Origin: Nitrospirota bacterium
GTDB taxonomy: Bacteria > Nitrospirota > UBA9217
Assembly (NCBI GenBank): GCA_023229435.1
Contig: JALNZF010000013.1
Span: forward strand, 10,433 to 74,432
Direction: 5' to 3'
DNA: 64,000 nt
In this document: positions 28,853 to 38,815 of the stretch, piece after piece
Layout of the letters: each line of letters opens with the position of its first letter
Position numbering within the stretch: the first letter of the stretch is position 1
Made by a program: the position numbers and the translations under genes
The notes under the pieces: generated by a model
What the model saw: the letters and a program-made list of their open reading frames with translations, nothing else
Database searches by the model: none
What the model was told of the DNA's origin: nothing

Positions 28853-29887
28853 TCACCTTGCCCCTGGACCCTGCCCCCTGAAGCCTTCAATCCTCACCCT
28901 GTCCCCCACTCTGATCCCGGAGCCTGCCGAGGTCTCGATCACCCAGGCAGCCTGCTCGCCGGAGGTATATGTGTCCCGGCTCCCCGGCCTGCAGTCAGGA
29001 TAGACCCGGACGACCTTTTTATCAGGGCTGACAAATGCGATATCGATCGGATATGCAACGCTTCCCATCCAGAAGATGAGGACCTCGGGCTTCTCGAACA
29101 CAAAGAGCGCGGCCTCGTCGGTTCTCAATTGGCGAAAACCCTGCAGCCCCCGGGTCCGGGCCTCCTCAGTATCGCAGATCAGCACGATGTTGAAGGTACG
29201 GGGACCGGACCGGTGGTCAGCCGGCGTGATCGTCACTGACGACTGCTGCTTCGGTTTCTCCGCCGCGATGGCTTCAGCGCTGCCTGCCAGCCTTACTTCC
29301 ACCGCGAGCACAGCGATGCCGATCGCGATCGTCACGGCCGTGATCAGCGCGCCTACACGGAAATACTCCACAAACCCGATCTCCACCCGTTTTCTCGCCT
29401 GCTTCACCACGATCAGATTGGCAACGGAACCGATGAGCGTCAGGTTGCCCGCCAGGGTACTGCTCATGGCAAGCGCGAGCAGATATGGCATGGGGTTTAC
29501 TCCCAGCTGGATGGTTACCTCGAGAATGATCGGCGTATAGAGCAGACAGATCGTGTCGTTCACGAACAGAGCGGACAGCAAGCCGGACGACAGCACCACC
29601 AGGATGAGCAGCTGGAGCGGCGACTTTGCAGAAGAGAGCATCTTGTCCGCCATGAGCTCGAAGAATCCCGCAGTGCGGAGATAGACCGTGATGATCATCA
29701 TCCCGAGCAGCAGGAGCGTGTGCATGTCGATGGCGCTGAACGCCTGATCGAGGGTAAGCACCCCGAAGATAACCATCAGCACCGCGCCCACAAGCGCGCC
29801 GGCGGGCCGATCGATATGCAGACGCGGGATCTGGCGCAGGCCGATGAACAGGTAGGTGATGATGAAGATGATGAGTGCGGTGATCAT
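28853..29887 (-). CDS. Internally shortened ArsB/NhaD/SLC13-type transporter fused to a DUF192 domain
   Basis: IDRPAGALVGA, LFVNDTIC, SSTLAGNLTLIGSVAN; C-terminal RTRGLQ...FWMGSVAYPIDIAF...VIETSAG. Confidence 0.75.
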   Translation of the reverse strand: MITALIIFIITYLFIGLRQIPRLHIDRPAGALVGAVLMVIFGVLTLDQAFSAIDMHTLLLLGMMIITVYLRTAGFFELMADKMLSSAKSPLQLLILVVLSSGLLSALFVNDTICLLYTPIILEVTIQLGVNPMPYLLALAMSSTLAGNLTLIGSVANLIVVKQARKRVEIGFVEYFRVGALITAVTIAIGIAVLAVEVRLAGSAEAIAAEKPKQQSSVTITPADHRSGPRTFNIVLICDTEEARTRGLQGFRQLRTDEAALFVFEKPEVLIFWMGSVAYPIDIAFVSPDKKVVRVYPDCRPGSRDTYTSGEQAAWVIETSAGSGIRVGDRVRIEGFRGQGPGAR

Positions 29888-29935
29888 GGGTGCCGATTCA
29901 TCTTCCCGTGCGGGATGAGGCCGTGTGGTAACAAA

Positions 29936-30110
29936 GGAATCAAGTTCTTCTCAAAACAGCAAGAATTTTTCTCGCAGTAGCCTATGAAAGAAAAGCGGCC
30001 ACTTAGGACATCCGCAGAGCTCGCAGAGAAAAGCTAAATAAATATTGGTTAAAACTAAGGCTTAAAGGAGTTGATTAACCTCTGCGTGCTCCGCGTGCTC
30101 TGCGAGAGAC
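29936..30110. repeat. Dispersed palindromic repeat element, copy 2 (inverted)
   Basis: TCTCGCAGTAGCCTATGAAAGAAAAGCGGCCACTTAGGACATCCGCAGAG is the reverse complement of ~25541-25590. Confidence 0.75.
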
Positions 30111-30115
30111 GCCCT

Positions 30116-30820
30116 TCAGGTTTTTACCGCCCGGGTGATCGTCGCGATCCCCATCGTGAGTGAATCGACCTTGATATCGGTGAATCCGCACGTGGCGATG
30201 AGCTGTTTGAACGCGTCGGGCGAGTAGAACGCATTAATGGACCGGGGAAGATATAAATAAGGCTTGGCCTTTTTCGTGACCAGCATCGCGATAAAAGGCA
30301 TGACCTTGAATACATACCATTCATAGGGTACGCGGAACCAGGAGACGTGGGGTCTCGTGAGTTCGAGGCAGATGAATTTTCCGCCGGGTTTCAGCACCCG
30401 GTTGATCTCCGTCAGGGCCACTGAGGTGTCGGGTATATTCCGTATGCCGTACGCCACAGTGACCGCATCGAATGTATTGTCCGGGAAGGAGATGCTCTTC
30501 GTGTCCGAGAAAATGAATGAGACATTCTGGTAACGGTTGCCCTTTCTGATCTCCGCGAGCTCGAGCATCTCCTTGCAGTAGTCCGTCCCCATGACCGAGC
30601 CCCCGGGGCCGACTCGCCGGGAAAGCAGAAAAGCCAGCTTGCCGGTGCCGGTACAGACATCGAGCACCTGATCGCCTTTATGGATACCCGATCGTGACAC
30701 CGCCTGTGTGCGCCAGATATGATCGAACCCGAAACTGAAACCGCTGGTGAGAAGATCAAGATGGGGTGCGACGGTGGAAAAGATATTTTTTATATAAAGG
30801 TCTTTCCGTTTGAACGACAT
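30116..30820 (-). CDS. ubiE: UbiE/MenG-family methyltransferase
   Basis: VLDVCTGTG, FDAVTVAYGIRN, RVLKPGG, YLYLPRSI. Confidence 0.85.
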   Translation of the reverse strand: MSFKRKDLYIKNIFSTVAPHLDLLTSGFSFGFDHIWRTQAVSRSGIHKGDQVLDVCTGTGKLAFLLSRRVGPGGSVMGTDYCKEMLELAEIRKGNRYQNVSFIFSDTKSISFPDNTFDAVTVAYGIRNIPDTSVALTEINRVLKPGGKFICLELTRPHVSWFRVPYEWYVFKVMPFIAMLVTKKAKPYLYLPRSINAFYSPDAFKQLIATCGFTDIKVDSLTMGIATITRAVKT

Positions 30821-31064
30821 ATCAGCAGAGTAACTCCCTTGTGCGATGAAAATAAGCCGCAGAGATCCGATCGCACTGCTTGCGGATTCAAAGTGCATGC
30901 CCGAATCTCAGCGGACACTATACCATACGGTTTCCCATATTTCAACAGGCCGGTGCTCACCGGTGTTGATGGAAAGCAACGGCCGCCACATTCACCTTCT
31001 GCGTCGGCAATCATCATTCTCTAAAACACAATTCACGGAATATATCGTAGTTCATATGACATCA

Positions 31065-31098
31065 GGTGAAATAACCATGTGAAAGTGGTTATTTCACC
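31065..31098. promoter_or_regulatory. Perfect 13-bp inverted repeat, probable enhancer-binding-protein site
   Basis: GGTGAAATAACCA-N8-TGGTTATTTCACC, ~75 bp upstream of a sigma54 promoter. Confidence 0.55.
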
Positions 31099-31172
31099 AA
31101 TTTTACAGAAATATATTTATCATTTTTCAAATAACTCTTTGTAATATATAAGATCTAAAACTAATAAACCAT

Positions 31173-31188
31173 TGGCATGATCATTGCT
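31173..31188 (+). promoter_or_regulatory. Sigma-54 (-24/-12) promoter
   Basis: TGGCAT-GATCA-TTGCT matches TGGCAC-N5-TTGCW. Confidence 0.7.
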
Positions 31189-31331
31189 TTTTATTAATTA
31201 AATGAGATGTTGTTTTATTACGCCTGCGAAAGGAGGTGGCAACTCTTATAAGGCATCTGTGCCGGAGAATGCTTCTTCTTGTTGTAAATCGGTCCTAACT
31301 TCACAAAACAAACAGGTAAAAGGAGAAAAAA

Positions 31332-31664
31332 ATGAACCCTATTATTCTAGTTTCCATTCTCACCTTGACATTCACTCTGGGCACAAACACTGCAATGACC
31401 GAGGTGTTCGCAGGCACCGGCAACCCGGAACAATGTAATGACGGTATCGATAACAATCTGGATTCTCTTATCGACTGCGCTGATCCTGATTGCGCAAACG
31501 ATTCATCATGTAAAGTAGCATTAAACATAAAACACAGCGGCAGCGGCCGGTCCAGCGGCGCATCTTCCTGTATGAAGTGTCACGACCGTCAAAAGGGAAC
31601 TGATGCGCAAAATTCAGGTCATCTTCGCGGCACTACCGGCGGTGCACCCTGTGTCAGCTGGTAA
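31332..31664 (+). CDS. Small exported c-type cytochrome with a CxDGIDNN..IDCxDPDC repeat; possibly a truncated multiheme protein
   Basis: Signal peptide, CNDGIDNNLDSLIDCADPDC, CMKCH; ends CVSW* where a second CxxCH would fall. Confidence 0.65.
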   Translation: MNPIILVSILTLTFTLGTNTAMTEVFAGTGNPEQCNDGIDNNLDSLIDCADPDCANDSSCKVALNIKHSGSGRSSGASSCMKCHDRQKGTDAQNSGHLRGTTGGAPCVSW

Positions 31665-31896
31665 GAGAGTGCGCCGTGAAAAGCCCTGGTACCTGGATTG
31701 GCTTGAAGACACATTACGGCCACAATTATCAGATGATCTCTGAGGCCATCCACAAGTTCAGATCCATTGACCACAGTAGGTCCCTTCAGGTCTGTTCAGA
31801 TCGGTTTTTCTCCCGATGAGGTGAAAACACGATAACCATTCCGCTCTGGCGAGGAATTACCGGGGTGGAGAAAATCGATGACAGGAAACGCAGGCA

Positions 31897-33267
31897 TTAC
31901 CCTACTATATTAAACTCCCGCACACGGTACTTTGCCCCGAGTTCTTCGGCGATCTTTCGGCAGGCTTCGATGTCCACACCGGGCGCGGAGACCACGGTGG
32001 CTGTCACGTCGGGGATATATTTCTTCGCCTCGCGGATAAATTCCTTGACCGCCTCGTAGGTCGGAGCACCGAACTGGGACTGTGAAATTTTCTCATAGAC
32101 CTCCGCGTTCTGGGCATTCAGGCTAACGCTCACGGCGTCCACCAGCCCGGCCAGCTCAGGCAGCACGTTCCGTTTGTGAATAAGGTTCGCGTGGCCGTTC
32201 GTGTCGATGCGCACCTTGCCGCCGCGCTGCTTCACCTCTGCGGCCACGGCCTTGACCACATCGAGCCGGATCAGCGGCTCTCCGTATCCGCAAAACACGA
32301 CCTCGTCATATCGCTTCGGATCCCCGATCTCCTTGATGAGTTCATCCGCCGATGGCTCTTTGCGCAATCGGAGATTGTGCCCCTTCACAAAATCGGTGTG
32401 ATACCGCACGCAGAACGTGCAAGCCGCGGTGCAGCGGTTCGTGACGTTGAGATAGAGCGCGTTCCGTATGGGATAGGTGATCCGGCCGCGATCGGGCATC
32501 GTGCCGATTCCGAAGAGCTGCATGGCATTGAAGCTTGTGATCCTGGCAACGTCATCGAGGGTGAGCCCCTTGATTGTTGCGACGGCCTCTGCCGTGTGGC
32601 GCACGAAAGCGGGCTCGTTTCTTTTGCCGCGCATCGGTACGGGAGAAAGATAGGGAGCGTCCGTCTCTACCAGCAGGTGCTCGATCGGGATTTGGCGCAC
32701 GACCTCACGCAGGGCCTCCGCCTTGGGGAACGTGATTGGCCCGGCAATGGAAAGGAGGAATCCCCTCTCGATCAATGTTCTTGCCATCTCCACATCACCG
32801 GAAAAGCAGTGCATGACACCGCCGAGCCCGGGCGGCCATTCTTCGGTCAGGATCTGGAGCATATCCTCGTGGGCGTCGCGGTCATGAACGATGATGGGAA
32901 GCTTAAGCTCGCGCGCTTCGCGCAGCATGTCTCGAAATTTTCTTTTCTGGTCCGTGCGGGGAGAATGCTCGTAATGATAGTCGAGCCCGATCTCGCCGTA
33001 GGCCACGACCTTCTGGTGCTGCGCAAAGTGTCTGATGATCTCGTAGGCGGGATGAAGGATGTCCTTCACCTCATGGGGGTGGATGCCGATGGCGGCGTAG
33101 ATGGATTCGTATTTGTCGGCAAGCAGGACCGCGTCACGGCAGGACTCGACCGTCGTGCCGATGGTCACAATATATTCTACGCCCGCTTCGCGCGCCCGTT
33201 TGATCACGTCTTCGCGGTCGTCATTGAACTCGCGCATCTCAAGATGCGCGTGGGTGTCTATCAGCAT
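31897..33267 (-). CDS. tatD: TatD hydrolase fused to a TatD-associated radical SAM domain
   Basis: IDTHAH, GEIGLDY, ETDAPY; then LYLNVTNRCTAACTFC, VFCGYGEP. Confidence 0.9.
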   Translation of the reverse strand: MLIDTHAHLEMREFNDDREDVIKRAREAGVEYIVTIGTTVESCRDAVLLADKYESIYAAIGIHPHEVKDILHPAYEIIRHFAQHQKVVAYGEIGLDYHYEHSPRTDQKRKFRDMLREARELKLPIIVHDRDAHEDMLQILTEEWPPGLGGVMHCFSGDVEMARTLIERGFLLSIAGPITFPKAEALREVVRQIPIEHLLVETDAPYLSPVPMRGKRNEPAFVRHTAEAVATIKGLTLDDVARITSFNAMQLFGIGTMPDRGRITYPIRNALYLNVTNRCTAACTFCVRYHTDFVKGHNLRLRKEPSADELIKEIGDPKRYDEVVFCGYGEPLIRLDVVKAVAAEVKQRGGKVRIDTNGHANLIHKRNVLPELAGLVDAVSVSLNAQNAEVYEKISQSQFGAPTYEAVKEFIREAKKYIPDVTATVVSAPGVDIEACRKIAEELGAKYRVREFNIVG

Positions 33268-33612
33268 GCTCTCAACCTTTTCTCAAAATAATGTCGTGCG
33301 GGGTTGGGGTAAATCTTTTAGATTCTGACTTGCCCAAGCGCCGGGTAGCTCTGAGTGAAAGACGCGCATGGCAATGCTGCACAGCTCGTACTTACGAGAA
33401 CAAGGCAAGGCAGACACGGCCGAGCCCTTTTTTAAAGGGCGAGGGTGGAGTGCTGCGAGACCTGCATACCAAGGCGGAGATACTGTATATATCCGGCATG
33501 CTGCGCGGCCGAACGATGAGCTGCCCAAAAAAATCGATGCCCAAGTGGGACAAGTGCCAATTGAGACAACTTTCAAAAGAGAACGTTAATTTCGAGAGTT
33601 GAATTTTTTATT

Positions 33613-35577
33613 TTATTTTACCCTGCTCCCCGGCTTCATCTCCCGGTCGAAGGTGGCCACGGCAAGCAGGTCCCCGTTGCTCGCGGCGAGCAGCATGCCC
33701 TGGGACTCGATGCCCATGAGCTTGGCAGGCTTCAGGTTCGCCACGATCACGATGGACTTGCCCATGAGCTCCTCGGGAGCATAACTCTTCCCGATGCCGG
33801 CAACCACCTGTCGGGTCTCGGTGCCTATGTCCACGTTGAGTTTTATCAGTTTCGCTGATTTTTCCACCCGCTCGGCGGCAATGATCTTGCCGACCCTGAG
33901 GTCGACCTTCATGAAATCCTCTATGCCGATGGGCTCCGGACCGGCTGCAACAACTGGTGCGGGAGCTGGTTTCTGAATCGCTTCTGTATTTTCCATCTTC
34001 GTCTCCGTGTTCTTGTTCCGATCGATCCTGGGGAATAATTGCGCGCCGGGCTGAATGGCAGTACCGGGCGCCAGCTTTCCCCATTGCTGTTCTTCGTTCA
34101 ACCTGCATGAATCGATTAGCTTCCCCAGGCCGAGAGCGTTCCATATCTTCTGCGACGTAGACGGCATCACCGGGTAGAGGTACAGCCCGATCAGCCTGAG
34201 CGACTCCGAAAGATTATAGAGCACGCTTCCGAGACGCTCCAGGTCCTTGTTCCTTGCGAGCGTCCAGGGCGCGTTTTCTTCCACGTAGCGGTTCGCGCGC
34301 GTCACGAGCGACCACGCCTCGTGAAGATATTTGGTGAACGCGAGCGTTGACAGATTTTCATCGATCCTGGACAGGATCGGCGCGGCGGTCTCGCGCAGTT
34401 CCCGGTCGAACGGCTGTTCGATCCCTGCACCGGGTATCTTTCCGTCAAAGTACTTCCCGATCATCGTCAGTACCCGCGAGAGCAGGTTCCCCAGGTCGTT
34501 CGCCAACTCGGTGTTGAAGCGCGTGACAAAGGTGTCCTTCGAAAAGTCGCCGTCCAGGCCGAAGGGAACTTCCCGCAGCACAAAATAGCGGAACGCGTCG
34601 GCGCCGTAGGCATCGACGACCTCATGCGGGTCGATCACATTCCCGAGCGACTTCGACATCTTTTTGCCGTCCTGCGTCCACCATCCGTGGGCAAAGATGT
34701 TCTCCGGAAGCGGCAGTCCCAGTCCCATCAGCATCGTGGACCAGTACACACTGTGGGTCGTGAGAATGTCCTTGCCGACGAGGTGGTGGTCCGCGGGCCA
34801 CCAGAAGTTTTCCTTCGCGGCCGGGTCCATCGAACCCTGTGCCGGAGGACTCAGATACCGCGTGGCTGAAAGGTAATTCACGAGGGCGTCGAACCAGACA
34901 TAGGTGACAAAATCATGATCGAACGGCAGTTCGATCCCCCAGGCAAGCCGCGCCTTGGGCCGCGAGATGCAGAGATCGCCCAGGGTCTGCGACTTCAGGA
35001 ACCCGAGCACTTCGTTGCGCCGGGAGTCGGGCCGGATATAGTGCGGATTCTGTTCAATATGCGCGATCAGGCGTTCCTGATATTTGCTCATCAGGAAAAA
35101 ATAGTTGCTTTCCGAGATACGCTCCACCGGCCTGCCGCAATCCGGACATTTGCCTTCCACGATCTCCTTCTCGGTCCAGAATCGCTCGTCAGGCGTGCAG
35201 TACCATCCTTCATAGGTCCGTTGCGCTACCTCGCCCTTGTCAAAGAGCTTCTGGAGCAATTCCTGCACCACGGCGACATGTTCCTTGTCGGTCGTGCGGA
35301 TGAAGGCGTCGTTGGTGATCTCAAGCTTTGTCCAGAGCTGCTGGAAGTTCACGGTCATGCTGTCCGCGTGCGCCTTTGGAGTAAGCCCGCGCTCCTGCGC
35401 GGCCTTGGCCACCTTCTGGCCATGCTCGTCCGTGCCCGTGAGAAAGAACACCGCGTCTCCCTTGAGCCGATGGTAGCGCGCAAGCACGTCCGCCGCGATC
35501 GTCGTGTAGGCGTGCCCGATATGCGGCACGTCGTTCACGTAATAGATGGGAGTGGTGATGTAGAATTTTTTCGACAT
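33613..35577 (-). CDS. metG: Methionyl-tRNA synthetase with C-terminal tRNA-binding domain
   Basis: HIGH, KMSKS, YVWFDAL, C-terminal OB fold. Confidence 0.98.
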   Translation of the reverse strand: MSKKFYITTPIYYVNDVPHIGHAYTTIAADVLARYHRLKGDAVFFLTGTDEHGQKVAKAAQERGLTPKAHADSMTVNFQQLWTKLEITNDAFIRTTDKEHVAVVQELLQKLFDKGEVAQRTYEGWYCTPDERFWTEKEIVEGKCPDCGRPVERISESNYFFLMSKYQERLIAHIEQNPHYIRPDSRRNEVLGFLKSQTLGDLCISRPKARLAWGIELPFDHDFVTYVWFDALVNYLSATRYLSPPAQGSMDPAAKENFWWPADHHLVGKDILTTHSVYWSTMLMGLGLPLPENIFAHGWWTQDGKKMSKSLGNVIDPHEVVDAYGADAFRYFVLREVPFGLDGDFSKDTFVTRFNTELANDLGNLLSRVLTMIGKYFDGKIPGAGIEQPFDRELRETAAPILSRIDENLSTLAFTKYLHEAWSLVTRANRYVEENAPWTLARNKDLERLGSVLYNLSESLRLIGLYLYPVMPSTSQKIWNALGLGKLIDSCRLNEEQQWGKLAPGTAIQPGAQLFPRIDRNKNTETKMENTEAIQKPAPAPVVAAGPEPIGIEDFMKVDLRVGKIIAAERVEKSAKLIKLNVDIGTETRQVVAGIGKSYAPEELMGKSIVIVANLKPAKLMGIESQGMLLAASNGDLLAVATFDREMKPGSRVK

Positions 35578-35591
35578 GGCTTCGCTGTGCG

Positions 35592-35696
35592 TTAAAGTGA
35601 CTAAAGTACATTAAAGTGTCTAAAGTACGTTAAAGTGAATGAAGTGATCCTTCCAACTTTAGGCATTTTAGTCACTTTATGAATTTTAGGCACTTT
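35592..35696. repeat. TAAAGT(G/A)/ACTTTAG-type periodic inverted element
   Basis: Same units and tail (ACTTTATGAATTTTAGGCACTTT) as 22685-22812. Confidence 0.7.
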
Positions 35697-35713
35697 TCTT
35701 CCCTCTCTACTTT

Positions 35714-36940
35714 CTACGCCGTCCCCTGCGGCGGTTTGTTCTCGCCCTGCTGCCCTTTCTTTTTTTTGCGCCAGAACTTGCGTCTTTTCTTCCGCGCGGA
35801 CGCGGTTCCTTCCTGCTGCTGCGGCTGGGCGTTCTGGTCCTGTTGCTGCAAAGGATGCTCTTCCGGCTTTGGCTGCTGACTTTCCCTTGATAGCTCCGGC
35901 TTCGGCTGCTGACCTTCCCTGGACAGATCCGGCTTCGGCTGCTGCGCCTTCTTTTCCTGCCGCTGGTCCTTCTTTCTTTCAGGCCTGCCGTAGACCTTCT
36001 GGCCGCCTTCCCGCTGTTTGTCGCGCCGCTGATCCTGCTGCTTGCGGTCCTCCTGGTGTCTTTTCTCCTCTACAGCCCGGCTCTCGTCGGCTTCCTGTCG
36101 TTCCTCGGTGATCCGCAGTTCCTCTCCGAGCCTCTTTTCCGTGGCCGCGGCCTCGCGCATGCCTGCGAGGTCCTTCTTGTTCTCATCGTACATCCCAAAC
36201 TCATAGGAGAGACAACAGAGCAGCCTGCCGCAGACCCCGGAGATTTTTGCCGGATTCAATATCATTTCCTGTTTCTTGGCCATCCGGATCGAGACCGGCT
36301 CGAAGTTCTTCAGGAACGCCGAACAACAAAGCTCCCTGCCGCAGGGGCCGAACCCGCCGATCATGCGCGCAACGTCCCGGACGCCGATCTGGCGCATCTC
36401 GATCCTGCTCTTGAGCTTATGCGCCAGGTCCTTTACCAACTCGCGGAAGTCAACCCTGGTCTCGGAGAAAAAGAAAAAGGTGGCACGCGCGGCATCAAAG
36501 GAATATTCCGCGCGGATAAGCCTCATCGGCAATTCCCGCTCGGTGATCATGATCTGTGCAACGCTGAACGCCTCGGCTTCGCGCGCGCGGTTCTTCTTTT
36601 CCCGGACAAGGTCCTCTTCCGTTGCCTTGCGAAGTACCTTTCGCAACCCTCGTGACGGCTTGACCGCGGGCGGAGAAGACGCGGCTTCGGCCGGAGTGAT
36701 TATCTCCTCGCCATCGATCCGCAGTTCTTCTTCCTGCCAGACCCGGGGGGACGATTCTACGGCGGGCGGATCCTGTGTCCTCCTGAGACGGACCACATGA
36801 GCAATATCCAGTCCACGGTCGGAGTCGATGATCACCTTGTCGCCCACGGCAACATCAATAATGTCCGTTGCGTCGAAATCGTACACTTTCCAATTATCAT
36901 GAAAACGTACTCCGGCTATCCTTATCATAGTGTCTGTCAT
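35714..36940 (-). CDS. PSP1/RicT (YaaT) family protein with low-complexity Q/K tail
   Basis: RVDFRELVKDLA, RIEMRQIGVRD, GPCGRELCC, ISGVCGRLLCCL. Confidence 0.92.
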   Translation of the reverse strand: MTDTMIRIAGVRFHDNWKVYDFDATDIIDVAVGDKVIIDSDRGLDIAHVVRLRRTQDPPAVESSPRVWQEEELRIDGEEIITPAEAASSPPAVKPSRGLRKVLRKATEEDLVREKKNRAREAEAFSVAQIMITERELPMRLIRAEYSFDAARATFFFFSETRVDFRELVKDLAHKLKSRIEMRQIGVRDVARMIGGFGPCGRELCCSAFLKNFEPVSIRMAKKQEMILNPAKISGVCGRLLCCLSYEFGMYDENKKDLAGMREAAATEKRLGEELRITEERQEADESRAVEEKRHQEDRKQQDQRRDKQREGGQKVYGRPERKKDQRQEKKAQQPKPDLSREGQQPKPELSRESQQPKPEEHPLQQQDQNAQPQQQEGTASARKKRRKFWRKKKKGQQGENKPPQGTA

Positions 36941-37004
36941 CGGTTTTCTCTATTCCACCTTTTATCTTCTGACTTCTTACTCCTTACTCCTGACTTTTTC
37001 TCCA

Positions 37005-37985
37005 TCACCCTCTCCCGAACTTCAGGAACAGGTTCTCCGCCACGAGCTGGGCGCTCACCCGCCGGTCCAGCAACTCCCGGCTGGCCGTGAAGAGTTCCAT
37101 GTCCGCAAGGAGCCTGGGAAGCGAATGCCCGTCGGCTAATTGACGGTACTGGTGCTGTGCCGGTGCATGGACAAGCAGGCGCTCTTCCCCGGTCTCACGG
37201 TATACCAGTGCGTCACGGAGCCATTCGATGCCGATCTCGATCAGCCGCTCGAACCGTTCGCGGTCCTTCGCGATCGTCTCCGCCAACGCAAGCGCCTCGC
37301 CGGGACCCATCTGTGCCAGCCCGGACCAGAGCGTCGCAACCTCATCCCGGGCGGACTTTTCCTGTTCAATGTCCATTTCGAGTCCGCGGCCCATGCTTCC
37401 CTGCGCAAGCCCCGCGATAAACCACGCGTCTTCCTCGGAAAGTCCGCGCGTATGCACGAGTTCCCGTGCAAGTATATTGCGCGGAAGCGGATGGAACGTG
37501 ATCTCCTGACACCGCGAACGGATGGTGGGAAGGAGACTCTGCGGCATCGCGGTTATCAGAATGATGAGAGCGTCGCCGGGCGGCTCCTCAAGTGTCTTCA
37601 GAAACGCGTTCGACGCTGCGGCGTTCATGCTTTCGGTATTGTCAACGATCAGGACCTTCTTTGTCCCCTCGAACGGCTTAAGCGCGAAGTCGGCCTGCAC
37701 CTGTCTGATCTGGTCGATCTTGATCTCATCACCGTCCGGAACCAGAAGATGCACATCCGGATGGCAAAGCTTTTCAACCTTGCGGCATGAAGGGCATTCG
37801 CCGCACCCGCCCTCCGGCCGCGCATGCAGGCAGTTCACCGCGGCGGCAAGAGCAAGGGCCGTCCTCTTTTTGCCGATGCCCTCCTGACCTGAGAACAAAT
37901 AGGCATGGGCAAGGGCGTTGTTCGCGATCGCCCGTTGCAAGGTTCGAATGGATCTTTCGTGCCCTTCTATCGTCGAAAACGTCAT
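37005..37985 (-). CDS. holB: DNA polymerase III delta' subunit
   Basis: HAYLFSG, CGECPSC, HPD, NAFLKTLEEPP, TIRSRC. Confidence 0.95.
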   Translation of the reverse strand: MTFSTIEGHERSIRTLQRAIANNALAHAYLFSGQEGIGKKRTALALAAAVNCLHARPEGGCGECPSCRKVEKLCHPDVHLLVPDGDEIKIDQIRQVQADFALKPFEGTKKVLIVDNTESMNAAASNAFLKTLEEPPGDALIILITAMPQSLLPTIRSRCQEITFHPLPRNILARELVHTRGLSEEDAWFIAGLAQGSMGRGLEMDIEQEKSARDEVATLWSGLAQMGPGEALALAETIAKDRERFERLIEIGIEWLRDALVYRETGEERLLVHAPAQHQYRQLADGHSLPRLLADMELFTASRELLDRRVSAQLVAENLFLKFGRG

Positions 37986-38040
37986 CCGTTCAGGATTCCT
38001 TCACAGAAAAATATTCGTAACAGCTCAGGTCAATATATTG

Positions 38041-38123
38041 TCCGCAGATTACGCAGATTTCACAGATTAACATAAACCTGAATTTTGCTTTTAAAATCTG
38101 CGTCCATCTGCGAAATCTGCGGA
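38041..38123. repeat. Palindromic intergenic repeat
   Basis: CCGCAGATTACGCAGATTTCACAGATT...AATCTGCGTCCATCTGCGAAATCTGCGG. Confidence 0.65.
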
Positions 38124-38170
38124 TAGAAAGGTTTTTCTCTGATGTAACGCTCTTCTGGGTTCAGATTTTA

Positions 38171-38815
38171 TTATCCGATCCGCAGCTTCTCGTCTACGAT
38201 CTTCCTGACCTTTTCCTGGATCGCCTCGGCTGACGACGACGCGTCCACGACCCGGATGCGATGCGGTTCCTGCGAAACCAGTGTCAGGTATCCCTGCCTC
38301 ACCCGCTCGTGAAAAGCAAGCTCCTCGTTCTCGAACCGCGCCTCTGCTTCAAGTCCGCGGCTGTTGTTCCTCCCCCGCGCACGCGCGATACCCGAGGCGG
38401 CATCGATGTCAAAAAGGAGGGTAAGCTCGGGACGCATCCCCGCGGTCACGATCCGGTCGAGCGAGCGGATCATCTCAATATCCAGCCCTCTCCCGTACCC
38501 CTGATAAGCAAGCGTGGCGTCCGAGAACCGATCGCAGAGAACGATCGTGCCGTCCGCAAGCGCGGGCATGATGATCTCGCGCAGATGCTGGGCCCTGCCG
38601 GCGGCATACAGGAGAAGTTCCGCTGCGGGATCGAGCGAGCGGTTCGCCGGGTCAAGCAGGATCTTCCTGACCTGGTCGCCGATCGACGTCCCGCCCGGTT
38701 CCCGGGTGAGCACATGCAATACCCCTCTGGCGGTAAGATAGTGCGCGAGCAGCGCGATCTGAGTGGACTTGCCGGAACCTTCGATTCCCTCGAAGGTGAT
38801 GAACGTTCCCTTCAT
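38171..38815 (-). CDS. tmk: Thymidylate kinase
   Basis: FITFEGIEGSGKST, TREPGG, LCDRFSDATLAYQG. Confidence 0.97.
   Translation of the reverse strand: MKGTFITFEGIEGSGKSTQIALLAHYLTARGVLHVLTREPGGTSIGDQVRKILLDPANRSLDPAAELLLYAAGRAQHLREIIMPALADGTIVLCDRFSDATLAYQGYGRGLDIEMIRSLDRIVTAGMRPELTLLFDIDAASGIARARGRNNSRGLEAEARFENEELAFHERVRQGYLTLVSQEPHRIRVVDASSSAEAIQEKVRKIVDEKLRIG

Noticed and set aside
33481..33500. TACTGTATATATCC as a LexA box
   Set aside because: Only a half-site; no CAG at the required spacing
35820..35945. Repeated QQPKP(D/E)LSRE units in the PSP1 tail
   Set aside because: Ordinary low-complexity tandem duplication in a disordered tail
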